Assembly: GCA_951406725.2 (NCBI GenBank)
Contig: OX597818.1
Location: 83,762,001-83,826,000 of the forward strand
Direction of reading: 5' to 3'
Origin: Octopus vulgaris
Taxonomy: Eukaryota
Length of the DNA stretch: 64,000 nucleotides
This document shows positions 40,453-55,051 of the stretch, one piece after another. A model generated the notes under the pieces. That model searched no databases, was not told the DNA's origin, and saw only the letters and a program-made list of their open reading frames with translations. The position numbers and the translations under genes are program-made. The first letter of the stretch is position 1; each line of letters begins with the position of its first letter.

Positions 40453-42952
40453 TATATAGACATATATATACATATATGTATATAAGTAAATATATATGCG
40501 CATATATATATGCATATATATACATATATACACCATATATTATATAGACATATATATGTAATATGATATGTGTATATATATATATATACATATACATATA
40601 CATAGAGAAGCATATATATATAATAAATAATGTACAGATGATATATACTAGCACACACACGAGCACGAACACACACAAACATATTCGTGTGCACAGATAC
40701 ACGCGTGCACGCACACACACACACACACGTACACACACACACATACCCACACGGACACAGTCGCACAGATTGGAGCAAAAAGCAAACATATTGGTGAGTA
40801 TGTGTGTATATTTTCGTTATAGTGTCTGTATATATTTGCCTTTGTGTTGTTAGAAAGAAAGAGCGAGAGAACATTTTAGAGAGTGAGATAGGGTAGAGTT
40901 AGAGGTGCCCTTAGATACGAAATGATGAGGTAAAGGAAGTATATATCGCAGAATAGGATGCTGAATTAAGCATTTCCATATATGGACTGATATCAAAAAC
41001 CATAGTAACAATTCCTAGTTTTGTTGGATGATAAGGAAGAGATATTGGAGAAAGCAGATAGTAAGGGCATTACTATTGTTATTGGTCGCTGTGACCAGTC
41101 AAATAAGCATAATGTTTAGTATCATTTATGTTGCACATTACATATTACTATACAAGCCATATTGATTTCAATACTTGATCAAGTTTATATGGTTTTTCAT
41201 TTCACCGTGGTGGAGAAAAAATGAAAATGCGCGTCAAGTACTTCAATTTTGGTAAATGGCTTATATATTATGGTAAAGAGGTCGATTATATTAATGAGAT
41301 CTGAAGACCTATCGATACTATATGGGAATTTGTTATGTCGCTATACATTCCAGAATCGTGCCTGAGCGAGGCTCAACTTTGTTTTAAAAATTGGTTGTCG
41401 CGAATATTGTGGTGTCCAAAAGTGCATTCGCTTTTTACTTACGTTCTTTTTTTCTCCGTTCTGAGATCAAATTTTGTCGAAATCGTCCTTTATTTCAATC
41501 ATTCTTGGAGCTATAAAATCGCATCCTTCGGTTTGCAAACCTTTGCTTCAATACTTCTCTGTTTCTGCTCAATGAAGCACTATGAGTGGTTGCATGCAGA
41601 CCTTCTTACAGTGCTTCTTTAATGTTTCTATGTAAGATATAGAGATAAAGAAAGATAAAAAATAAAATCTATTACTGGATTGACACTTCATTTATCGACC
41701 TCGGTAGGGTGATATACAAAGCCGGTATCAGCAAAATTTGAACGCGGAACGCAGAGTAAGGGGACAAATAACTCGAGGTTTTAATCCTAACCCCCTAAAA
41801 GCCCTGCTAATTTTCCTCCTATACATTATATTACTGAGCTCACCAAAATCTGTGGCAAATAAATGAATATTTCATGGTTTCTTGTCCTCTTCTTGTTAAG
41901 AACACGGGTCAAATGCTATCTTGAGTCAGTAGAACTAATCAGGAAGTAACTAAAGTACTACAAATTGGACATATTTTAGATATTATATTTGTCTACTGAC
42001 GATGCTGCCGTATTCGTTCTCCAAATGCAGGGGTTAATGTTTCATTAGGCGGTGAAGGAGTTCTGTTGGTGTTTCGGCTCCTTTTACATTGGTATAATGT
42101 ACAGTTGACGACTACATGCAAACACTTACTACAGTATGAACACATACACGAATTCAATGTCAGATTTAGTTTTATTTTCCCACAAGAGTTCAATAATTCT
42201 TTTAAGTAACATTTTAAAGATATCCGTATTTCAACATAGTTATTTCTAATGGCATAGTAGAAAAGAAAATTTCACAGCAGTGGTGGCAGTACTTAACATA
42301 AACAAAATACAATTTGTGTATAAAATTTGTGTATAAAATATTAGCTAAATCTGTACTTCATCCATACGGAGATCAATATAGTAAATACTAAGTGATGCCA
42401 TCAATATAATCGATTGAACTTCACTCACAATGATGTTAGGTTTTATGCCTATGTTCGATATCATTCATTTTTATTAGCTTTATCGAAATTTATTAAAAGA
42501 TGTTTGAACGCTTTTTTTATTTTATCGAATATTTTCCCAGGAATATGCCCATATCCATGACGTGAGTGTGTGTGCTTGTGTATGCGTGTGCGTGCGTGCG
42601 CGCTTGTACTTGCGTGTCCGTGACTGTGTGTACGTGTGTATATATGTGTCAGCCAATCAACATATTTTGTACTCAGCTTGAATGTAGTTCCTCTTCATTT
42701 TAATATAAAAATCTTCTGTTCAAATGCGTATTTAGCCTGTAACAACTTGAGATCAAAATGAGATGTACGCAGTCTTCCGATCATATTGCTTGTTTGAAAT
42801 ATTATTCCATTATGGTGCCCGAACAAAGAGCTAACTTCTACTAAAGAAAACGTAGTCACCTGTTTGCGTTTAACTAAGCCAATTAAAAATAACGCTCTAT
42901 TTTATGGGTATTAAGTACTGTTATATTAGCGGGTAGCCAGAGCTATGCAGCG

Positions 42953-43180
42953 AAGTTGCGTGGTTTAGTGGTTAGGGTGTTGGACCCATGACCATAAGAT
43001 TCTGGTTTCCATTCCTGAACTGGGTAGCGCGTTGTGTTCTTGAGCAAAACATTTTATTTCACGTTGCTCCAGTTCGGTCAACTGGTAAAACTTAGTAACC
43101 CGTCCTAGTGGGGAATATATATGCCATGAAACCAGGAAACCGGTCTTTATGACTCGAGAAGGTAACTTTACCTTACCTTA
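42953..43180 (+). mobile_element. SINE family D
   Basis: gcgtggtttagtggttagggtg head, gcgttgtgttcttgagcaaaac, gttgctccagttc and gaaaccaggaaaccgg; homologous to 34292-34552. Confidence 0.8.
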
Positions 43181-45310
43181 AATGATATATAAGTTGTGTT
43201 GAACTAAGGATTGCCTATCTATGTTTGTGAAAAACGGATCCGGCGAACACATACAGTGAAAAACCTTCATAGTTCAAAGAAGAGAAAAACGGCTACAGCA
43301 TTGCACATGGGAATACATAGAGCAAGTTAAGGCAAGCAAAACACCTCGTCTTGACATGATTCTGCTACCGGATTGAATATGGTCACGGACAAGATAGTGA
43401 GATTCGCGATGGGAACATGTTCATGTTTAGCCGAAGGACAGCTCTGTATCAACAGAGCTTGAAGCAACGGAATTCCGGTCGTTGATTTTTTTTTTTTTTC
43501 GTTTTCTGAGTACCTGATTTGACAAATTTTCCCTTCCTTATATTTTAGAACATTTAGGGTAGGATATGGATATGAGGGAGATTCATATTTACTTCTGGCA
43601 GTAAGTGTGACCGATAGAGAAATGTCTCTAAACCATCAGATCTATGATCAAAGGCGATCCGGCCGTTACTCGAGGGCTCTGTTGACTACTTAGTACTTCC
43701 TAATTGTATCAATACATATAAGTTGGGATATGAAGGAGTTGGGCTTTTATTTCTAGCAAGACGAGCGACGCAGAAATATTTTCTAGAAGACTCATACTTA
43801 CGATTCTTTCACATTTATTCTGGTTTCAGTTCGACACAAACACACACACTCACACACTCACACATACACATGTGTGAAGATAATATACACACACACATAC
43901 ACACACACATATACACACTTATACACGTACATTATTTCTTCATGTTACTTGCTGGTTATTTTATTTTCAATAAAACATGATTGCATGATTTCCAAAGGAT
44001 TCTCAATATATTTACATATTTCCATTTCTTCGTAGCACATCATGTAATGCAAGCCAACCCAAAATCAAACGCTCACGCACATACACACACATACACACAC
44101 GCACACACACACACACACATACACACGCGCGCACACACACAAACACGTATGCACATACGCGCACTTACACACGCCTACGTTCTCCATCACAATTACATTC
44201 ACACTCACACAATCTTGAGCACATATACACACATTCACAAAGTCATGCCGTTTTTCACTGTCTTCTTACACTTCTACAATCTTTGTCTTCCACTGTCCAA
44301 TTGATTTCATCATTTGCCAAGTCACGCCAACACATACAGATACTTTATATCTATATGCGCGCGCATTTATACGTGATTATACACATCGATGTTGCTTATG
44401 TCTTATTCTCTCTCTTATAAAATTACACGTTTACTTATTTATACACTTTTATACATGCACGCACAGTTACATGCAAACCTATCTACTTGTCTGTCATTTT
44501 CCCCATCTATTTACTTATTTATGTATCTATCAACCTACCTATCTGCCTTCTCACCTACCTACAGATATATATATATATATATATATATAACACCATATCC
44601 TCTCACTCTCTCTCTCTCGTTTTCTCTCTGTATACATATGTATATAATTATACACGCGCACGTGTGTGTGTGTGTGTACGTACTATATATCTTCTACATT
44701 CTGTTCATCGTGGTTCTAGTTTCACACCTCTGCAATCTTCAGGCGACTGCTTTATTTAGTATTTTCACCTAATTTTTATATTTTATATTTGGGTTGTTTC
44801 TGCTATTTATGGCTATCAAGCTTTTTCTATCATTTCATTCTGACTAAATATCATTTTGCTACCATGGAGAGATTTTATTGTTGTTCTGCATGGCAATTCG
44901 TTTTGACTGTATTTGTTGATTTTGCTATTAAATCCGGACTCTCGAGATTATTTATTTGTTTTCTATTATTAAATCGTAAACGTTTTATTATTGTTGTATT
45001 ATCGCTTTTCATTATTATATCCGCCTTCACTAAATTTCCTGACTTTTTTATCGACTTTGAAAAAAGTCTGTTTGATGTTGCTTGAACAATTTTTTCACTG
45101 GAAGCACTCCCCCCCCCCCCGACAGCACCAAAATTATAGATATTTTACATACGGATACTCCAAATAATGCACAAATCTGAGCATCACCCTAAATCTCACT
45201 TATAATTACACATAGAGGAATACAAATTGTAACTGTATGAAAAATAGCACCTACCCTTTAAACATTAAATGCCTAGTTAATCATATCTGTGGAATCTGTC
45301 GGTATAAATT

Positions 45311-45705
45311 AGCCATGGCTGTGTGGTTCGTAGCTTGCTTACAAACCACATGGTTCCGGGTTCAGTCACACTGCGTGGCATCTTGGGCAAGTGTCTTCTA
45401 CTATAGCCGCGGGCCGACCAAATCCTTGTGAGTGTATTTGGTAGACGGAAACTGAAAGAAGCCCGTCGTATATATGTGTGTGTGTGTATGTTTTTGTGTC
45501 TGTATTTGTCCCTCTAGCATTGCTTGACAACCGATGCTGGTGTGTTTACGTCCCCGTCACTTAGCGGTTCGGCAAAAGACCCCGATTGAATAAGTGCTGG
45601 GCTTACAAAGAAACAGTTCCGGGGTCAATTTGCTCGACTAAAGACGGTGCTCCAGCATGGGTGCAGTTAAATGACTGAAACAAGTAAAAGAGTAAAAGAG
45701 TAAAG
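45311..45705 (+). mobile_element. Full-length SINE family A
   Basis: tRNA-like head, aagaagcccgtcg plus internal TA/TG tract, gcttgacaaccgatgctggtgtgtttacgtcccc, and (gtaaaaga)n tail. Confidence 0.9.
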
Positions 45706-46127
45706 TATGTTAAAGCAACGTCATGACGCAATATTTTCGCAAGCGAGATAATTAGTAAACACAGGTCTGTGACCGAAACAAAGTGCTCAGAATCTTACAT
45801 AAAGCAGCTAGTGTATAAGGTATGAAAGTAAAAATAACAGACAAAAAAATAACAGTATACAATAACGTAACGGATAACAAATATTTACGTCATATACTTT
45901 ACATAACAAAGACCAACACTGCCGGCTAGTTTTCGGTCATTATACAAGATAAAAATCATGTAGATTTTCAGATCCTAGTCACAGAAACGTCTTTATTTTC
46001 CACATTCAATTCCCTTTGACTTAATGACTGAAATGCAGCAAGCACTTACGACATGGCAATATTTAAATGTTACCAACACAGGTTTCCATAAGTAAAGATT
46101 ATTTGTTTTGTTTTTTTAAATTATACA

Positions 46128-46305
46128 AGCTTGACAACCGATGCTGGTGTGTTTATGTCCCCGTCACCTAGCGGTTCGGCAAAAACTGGCCGATAGAATA
46201 AGCACTGTGCTTACAAAAGAATAAGTCCCGGGGTCGAGTTGCTCGATTAAAGGCGGCCTCCAGCATTGCCGCAGTCAAATGACTGAAACAAATAAAAGAG
46301 TAAAG
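46128..46305 (+). mobile_element. SINE family A, 3' half
   Basis: Near-identical to 45522-45705. Confidence 0.85.
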
Positions 46306-46701
46306 AGTAATATAATATTGCAAAATACATAACAATTACAAAGCAAGAGACAGCATGATGGATACAAATACTTATTGTTTACGATGTAAATCTCTTGAAA
46401 ACTTGAATGTCCATAAACATTTGATTTTTCGGAGCATATTATATTACCAAACAATTTTCTCTTCGGTATTCGTTTTCTTTTAAAATTCAATCTCCTTTAT
46501 TTTCGAAGACCCTTGAAAAGCAAAAACAATATATTGAAACCGGTATGGTATCTCCAAAAATTTGTAAATATATTAAAGACTACAATCCATAATTAAAACT
46601 CACTTGCATTTTTACACCCAAAGTCAATTATTTTCCTCATATGTACTTATAAAGGTAGAAGTAAACCTCACATTCCAATACACACACACGCACACACACA
46701 C

Positions 46702-46756
<55 letters not shown>

Positions 46757-46778
46757 GATAGATAGATATATGTATATA

Positions 46779-46884
<106 letters not shown>

Positions 46885-47499
46885 AAGATAGATAGATAAA
46901 ATATATATATATAGATATATAATACATATATGCATACTTACATAGATATGTATGTATATATACACATACAAGTATATACATATATATATATGTGTGTGTG
47001 TGTTTGTATGTGTGTGTGTGCGTGTGTATGTGAGTGTGTTTATTAGGAGGTGAATACATTTAAAGCTGAATTAGTACCTAAAATCTGATCCGAGCTTAAA
47101 AGGAATTTCATTCGCAAGGATTTTGTAGCTGCCCCAATGAGAACTGTTGAGAGCCTTTCACTGTAGGAATAACATTATTCTACCTAACAAACTTTGTTAC
47201 ATTAATACTACGAAAATACATCGCAACTATTAAGGTCATACCTCAATGCAACGTTTTCTGACATCCTGTGATTTACAATCCTTTAAGCATTTGTCTTTTT
47301 CTCTGTAAGCAATAAGCACCTAAATATGGCATGCCAATACCTGTTGTTTGCCTCTCTTTTATTTCATTAGACACACACACACACACGTAGGCACGCGCGC
47401 GCACGCTCACACAAAGACACAAACACACACACATATACACACACATATACACATATATACACATAAATATACACATATATGTATATACATATATATATA

Positions 47500-47563
<64 letters not shown>

Positions 47564-47708
47564 CATATATACATATAAAAATTATTCAAATTATAATAAT
47601 GAAGGTTAAAATCGTTAAAAATTTTATCACTGGCCAGTATATAAAAATAGACCTAGGTGAAAACATGTAATATATGTGTGTATATATAAATATATATGTA
47701 TATATATG

Positions 47709-47787
<79 letters not shown>

Positions 47788-47792
<5 letters not shown>

Positions 47793-47935
47793 GAATTTAC
47801 AAAAGAAATAAACGACGAAGACGGGTGTGTAAACAACAAACAAATGTATCAGTTTAATGCTCGGAAAGTGAGAAAGACTTTTGCGTTTCGATCCTACTCT
47901 ATTTGACAGGAAGGATCACAGAAATAAGCAGGGCA
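47788..47935 (-). mobile_element. PLE terminal-repeat fragment with a degenerate hammerhead-like motif
   Basis: Reverse complement cttcctgtcaaatagagtaggatcgaaacgcaaaagtctttc... is homologous to 15160-15297; abuts (TA)n. Confidence 0.7.
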
Positions 47936-47989
47936 AGATAATAGAAAAAGGTTTAGTGGCTAACGATCTATCATGAGGAAATGACTAGT

Positions 47990-48175
47990 AACTGTATTTC
48001 AAAGGACAAGTCTTGTCATATTCTAAGTCACAGTGATTCAGTGATTCTTCCTGAGAGCTACTTTAAGGATATCCATGTCTGTGGAGCGCTCAGCCACTTG
48101 CACGTTAAATTCACGAGCATGTTGTTCCACTAATCGGAACAACTGGAACCTTCAACGTCGTAAGCGACTGAATGA
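47990..48175 (+). mobile_element. SINE family C, 3' fragment
   Basis: gtctgtggagcgctcagccacttgcacgttaa matches the reverse complement of 23620-23800. Confidence 0.75.
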
Positions 48176-48235
48176 CAGTCATATATATATTAATACACAC
48201 ATACAGAGAGCGAGAGCGTAATCTAGTTGAGGACA

Positions 48236-48272
<37 letters not shown>

Positions 48273-49022
48273 CAGAAAATCCTATCATCATAGACTAAAT
48301 TGTTTTGCCATATCCACCAGGAGTCAAAAGTGCGAACTGATTAGTAAAAACATATTCTCTGCATAACACACACATAGGGTGCGATTTGCGATCTGGCAGT
48401 ATCGTTAGCGCCCCGGACAAAATGCTTAGCAGCATTTCGTCTGTCTTTAAGTTCTTAGTTGAAATTCCACCGAGGTCGATTACGCATTTGATTCATTTAG
48501 GTTCGATAAAATACGACCCAGCTGAGCGCAGGAATCGATGTCATCAATTTACCACCTCATCCCGCTATTTACTGAAATTACTGGCCTTGTGCTGAAATAT
48601 GAAACCGTTATAACGGTATGGTTTCTATGGGAACGAGCTATAAGTATGCAGTAAGAGCCGTATATTTTCTAGTTATATACATATGACAAAATAAATTACC
48701 CACTACGCTAATATTTCGTATGCAAACAAGTGATATTTTGAACACGTACTCTTAGCTGTAGTCTCTTGTTTAGGAACAAATGATTTCTTGAGACCATGCG
48801 ATCCCGGATATTAGAATGACCACCGTAATATGTATGCCCATGATCTGTATTTTTATGGCAATAAGTTACAATGATAATTATATTCCTCGGATGTACTTAG
48901 TTCTTGCACGTTTACCGCCTAAAAATATGTAATATATTACTGATTTGAATATACTTACCAATCTATGCACAAATGAATGTATCAATCAACGTATGTACAT
49001 AAATAAATGCATACATCAATGG

Positions 49023-49098
<76 letters not shown>

Positions 49099-49508
49099 GT
49101 GTGTGTGTGTGTGTACGATCAATAACACAGTGTGATTCCAAGTCCATAATAGTAACAACGCTAAGTTAACTATTAGTTTAATTGAATGCAAAAGGGCAGA
49201 GAGTTGTGCCATGTTCGTGTTAGATTGTGAAATAAAACAAATCTGTCCAAGAAATTTTGCCACTGGAAGTGCTGTGGAGAAATTCTGTGATCGGTTAGAG
49301 CTGAAGATTGCAATTTCTGAAATTCTCAATAGACTAACACGCGATAAATATTGATTTGAAACCTTCCGATAAATCAACGAACATTAGGATGCACGCATCC
49401 TTCATAGAATACATAGAAGTATCTACATATTTGTATATATACACACACACGCGCGTGAGTAAGTGTGCGTGTGCTTGTGTATATATATATTATGAATATA
49501 TATGTCGG

Positions 49509-49584
<76 letters not shown>

Positions 49585-49874
49585 TATATATATATATATA
49601 GAGTTAGATATATGTGTATAAATATGTGATTTTATATATATGTGTATATATATATATATGTTTGTGTGCGTATGTATGTGTATATATGTATATGTGTGTG
49701 TTTAATTCTGAGTGTTTGTATACATGTATATACATTTACATATACGCAAGCATACACATATTCACGCGTATACATAGGGCATCAATCTCAACGAAGATAT
49801 TCACTTTGTGTATACGTTAATGAACGTACACCTTTGTATATAGCACATGTATGTAGATCTGTATACATATATGC

Positions 49875-49913
<39 letters not shown>

Positions 49914-50548
49914 TGTGTGTGAGTGTGTTTATACATACATAAATGCACACATACATATATATATATGCCTGTATATATACGTGTATATGTTTGTATATAC
50001 TTGCGAATATCCATAAGTATGTATATGTATTTGTCCGTGAAGAAACAAGCACACGCATACATACACACAAATGCACACCCACACACGCACACACACATAC
50101 GCACACACACATACACGCACACTCACATATTCATACATACACGCATTTATATTCCTGAGCACTTTGCATGATGACTATAATGTTCTCTGTGTTGTTTAAA
50201 AGCAGGTGCAGCGTATAATTTCTAGTTTTATATACAACCGGCTGAGAAACTTTATATTGAAGTGCAGTATTATATATATGTTGTTGCATGTAATTGGTGG
50301 GGCATATATAATGCAAAAGCACCGAAGTTCACTGAGGAATACTCAGGATCGATTAATTGTCTGCAATGTAAGGATATATAAAGTCACATATACTACATAT
50401 TGAAGCTGGTCAATGAAAACAAAGTTTTCAAATCATAGCGGTTCAGCCATTAGTATCTTAATCTTTTTTAGAAGAAATAATCTGTTTAAGTTCCAGACAT
50501 TATATATACGTACACACCAATATTATATGTATATATATATATATATGC

Positions 50549-50631
<83 letters not shown>

Positions 50632-50886
50632 TATAAGAGATAATGGTCTTGTTGAGACCCAAAGTGTCAGGTAATGCTGAATAAGCGCTATAGACAGACC
50701 ATAGTTAAGTTCCAGATTCGCTAATATTGCGAATAAAGTGTTCAAAGTTGGTTCTATGTCAGCGTGTGTATATATGAATTTTTTGCGTAATGAGATAAAA
50801 AAAAACCAAGGCTGTATAGATATTAGAGCATAAATGCTCCAATATCTATATAGCCTTGGTATTTTTATCTCATTACGCAAAATATT

Positions 50887-50964
<78 letters not shown>

Positions 50965-50986
50965 AGGGGTTGTGTGTGTGTGTGAG

Positions 50987-51330
50987 AACGTGCCTAGTTC
51001 AGTCGTTAGAGCGACGATCTTAGGACCTTATGACCGTGAGGTTGTGAGTTCGAATCCCTGACCGGGCTGCGTGTCGTGTTCTTGAGCAAGACACTTTATT
51101 TCACCTTGCTCCAGTTCACTGAGTTGTAGAAATGTGTTGTGACGTCACCGATGACAAGCTGCATCGGCCAATTTGCCTTTCCCTTGGATAAAATCGGTGG
51201 TGTGGAAGGAGGAGGCTGTTATGCATAGGTGACTGCTAGTCTTCCATAAACAAACGTGCCCGGACTTGTACCTAGGAGGATGAGTTTTTAGGTGCAATCT
51301 CATGGTCATTCGTTACTGAAGGGGGTCTCT
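50987..51330 (+). mobile_element. tRNA-derived CORE-like SINE (family D-related head, different tail)
   Basis: B box gagttcgaatccc followed by gtgtcgtgttcttgagcaagacactttatttcac.ttgctccagttcact. Confidence 0.8.
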
Positions 51331-51335
51331 GACTC

Positions 51336-51415
<80 letters not shown>

Positions 51416-51799
51416 GTCATTCTTCTTTTCGGTTAGGTTGTCGTGAAGCGTGGTTGTAACTTCTCTCTCGTATACGACAGAGTTTATCGTGCATTCCTAA
51501 TCGAATGGATAAACCCCAGGGTCTCGACAGTTACATGTGCGAGTGGGGTGGTAATGTTATTCCTATTGAGGCAGCAACTATCGGATAACTGAATTGAAAT
51601 TCTTTTAAGGATGCTTCTGGGTTTGTAAGTTTCTGAGAAAGCTTATTTAACAAACACAGGAATACTTTATGTACGTTAGTTTTAACATTTAGGAAGAAAG
51701 GTGAGCGCGAGCAAATTATTTTCTCAGTCTTTTCTTAGGTCTATTTTTATTATTCGAATTGTTCTACAAAGGCAATAATATAACTTCTCTTTGGAGCCA

Positions 51800-51877
51800 C
51801 TAGGGCATTGCTATAGTAGGAAGCTGCTTTATCAAACATTTTCGATAAGGCAACACCCTACTATAGCAATGCCCTAG
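51800..51877. repeat. 78-nt hairpin-forming inverted repeat
   Basis: ctagggcattgctatagtagg and cctactatagcaatgccctag form a perfect 21-bp stem, extended by tgctttatc/gataaggca. Confidence 0.85.
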
Positions 51878-53831
51878 CTAACAGTAGGTATATACGAATC
51901 TACGTGATTTTTACTTGTTTTGCGTAAACCACGACAAACACTAAAAAACTTTACTGCAATGCTTTTGAATTTTTCCCATCTCAAAAATTAAATTTATCTA
52001 TATATTTTCGGTTTGAATAGAGATCGTCTTCTTTACTAATATTAATAATATTCCGCTATTTATTTATCTAGCCTATAAAGGGAGATAACTCCATGCAATC
52101 GTCGTCATTGTAGTAGATTTCTTAGGCACTTCCTCCATAGAGTCCTATGCAAGGCAACCGTCATTAGACTTTCTCAGACCTCACCAACTGAGACTACATT
52201 CTTTCCCTTCCTGCAGGTCTCCAGGCGGTTCGTTCGGCTTGGAAAATCCATCTTGTGATATATCACTAAAAAATTCTAATCACATATTCGACGCACCGTA
52301 TACCAAAGATGTGACTTCTGAATACGACTCCAAATAGATGATTCTTCATATGAAAAAATTTACCTTCATTTCTACATCTCGTACGTTTCAGACAGGCTGT
52401 CCGCTTCTCTCTCTCTCTCTCTCTCTCTCCCCCTCTCTCCTTTTTCTATCCTCCTCTCACTCCCCCTCTCCCCCTCTCTCTCTCTCCACCTCTCTTTTTC
52501 CGCATATGCATTTGCCTCTGTGTGCGTGTGTATATGTATCTGAACGTGTCTCCTTTCAGTGCGGACACTGTTTGGCACCATCATCCCTTTGAGCTGACCA
52601 AAGCCCATGGGCCCGAAATTTACATTAATAGCCGCAATTAATCAGTGGACATGTATAAACAGTGAAAAATAGAACTTTATAAATGTATGTCATGGTGAGT
52701 ATATACGAATGAGAACTTATCGTAAATAGATACAACGAGAGATATGCAGACTATCTTTTAATATTATTTTTGAATATGATATACTATACTGTATATGTTT
52801 ATATATACATATATATATACAAATGTATGTATATATGTAGACACATATATCATTAAGTACTATTTATCATGCATACTTGCACACACACGCTCAAAGATAC
52901 ATACACACACACACATATGCTGAGAAAGTGATATGAAATATGGATAGATATCATTTCATTTATATGTGCACTTTTAACGGTTTACTTTTCTACGTATACG
53001 TACATATACACACATATATACACACACACACATATGAACACAAGTATATATTTTTGTGTGTTTACTTCTGTATTTGTTCGTATGTGTATATGACGTACGT
53101 TTATCAGTCTGTATGTTCGTGCGTCTGCGCACACGTGTAAGTTGTCACATATTCATATTTGGAATTTTCCATCAGAATTTATGGAAGGAATGGATTATTT
53201 TTCCCATGAATGCATACATTCGTAAATTCCCGAACAAATTGCTTTCTCTGCTATCATTGGTAAGGCTTCTTGATTGTTCAATTAAGAACATTTCTGGATG
53301 TCAACTGCAAACAACCTCCCGAAAACCTTATACCACGTTCCATTGCATACAATTTCAAAGCAATGTTTAGTTATAATATTGATTTTGTTTTTATGATTAA
53401 TAACTGTCTTATACTAAATAAGCGCTATATTCTCTGCCTCTGCATCTCTGTCCGCCCACAACATATTGAGTTATAAAAGAGAGTGAAAGTAATGAAGCTG
53501 CAAGAAAATGAAGGACACTTTTCCAAACAGATAGCTTATGTTGTATAAGCTTTTGTTCTTAGTTCAAATCCCATCCGTGGAGACTTTACTTCTTATACAT
53601 CACCGGCTGAAAAAGTAGGAACAAGTTTCAGTAAAAAACCTAAGTTAATATTTCTTATAAGCCTATTGACGCAAGCGTGTGTGAGTGGTAAAAAAAATTT
53701 CTTTCTCAACAATATGGTTCCGGATTTAGACCCTCAGTGTGACTACTTGGATAAGTATCTCCTACCATACCATCGAGTCATTCAAAGCCTTGAAAATGGA
53801 TTTGATAGACGGAAACGGAAATAAGTCCGTC

Positions 53832-53862
<31 letters not shown>

Positions 53863-53866
<4 letters not shown>

Positions 53867-54449
53867 CACGATCAACTGGTCCCACTACCGAACAATGCGG
53901 TCGTTATATTGATGTCTGTATCAACAAAGACACCAACTAACATTCATACATTAGCTTCTCCTACACTCACCCAATCCTTACCAAGCCCTCCCTCCCCTAC
54001 TCTCAATTCCTCTGTCTGTGTAAGCTCTGCAGTGGAGACTCAGTCTCAAATCTTTGCTCGACACTTCATCCTTCGCGGATAACCCCTCACCACCATTCAC
54101 ACAACTGTTACCAGAGCACTTCTGCTCTCTCTTTCTTTCCGCTCCCGCACCGCCGTTCCCAGTCTCCTGTTTCCTCTCACCTACCACCCCTTCACCTTGC
54201 TCTTCTAACGCCCCATTCTCCGAGCCTTCCTACCCACAAGAATAAACAAGAGTGACAAATAAAGGCAGAAACAAGGAAAATGCTCCTTATATTTGAATAC
54301 TATGCAAATATTCTTTTAAAAACTTTCCTTCTAATATTTCTAAAATTTTATTGTTTTCCATACTCACAGTTGAAAATGTCCCAATGACTAAATCCGGTAC
54401 TGAAAGGATTCTTATCAAATTGTTTTAGCATTTTCTACCTTGCCTTTTT

Positions 54450-54452
<3 letters not shown>
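53863..54452 (+). mobile_element. Deleted Penelope-like element (same family as 27160-27800)
   Basis: GRYIDVCI (RYIDD-like) and HSYISFSYTHP..TKPSLPYSQFLCLCKLCS thumb motif. 54140-54230 resembles 27200-27290. Hammerhead-like remnant at 54367-54402; (TA)n on both sides. Confidence 0.75.
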
Positions 54453-54525
<73 letters not shown>

Positions 54526-55051
54526 GCGCGTGTCTGTATGTGTATATGTAGTACTGGTTGTTTAGATTCTCCTAGCATAGGTTCGCTGGTATAGATCAGT
54601 TCGACTTAAACTATCCAACTAAATGCTGAAATTTGGCTGCAATCTAATGACTGTAGCAAGCAGAAGAGAAAAAGGTAAAGGCTAAAAAGCCATTAACCAA
54701 AACTCTTATTGCTGTCATATAGAATTGCCTTTAAACATTCTATTATCCTTTACCTTTTATCTTATTCTTCCAGTCATTTGACTACGGCTATGCTGAGGCA
54801 TCGTATTGATGAGTTTTAGCTGAATGAATCGACTCCAAAATTTATTTTTTAAAGCCTAGCACATATTCCATCAATCTCTCAGGTTAAATGATAAATTTCG
54901 GAGACGTACATAAACTGACATCGGTTGTCAAGCTGCGGAGAGAGACAAACATAAACGCAGACACGCACACAAACATTGACGCGCGCAGTGGAATTGAACC
55001 TGAAACCATGTGGTTGAGAGACAAATTTCTTAACATGCAGTTTTGCCTACC

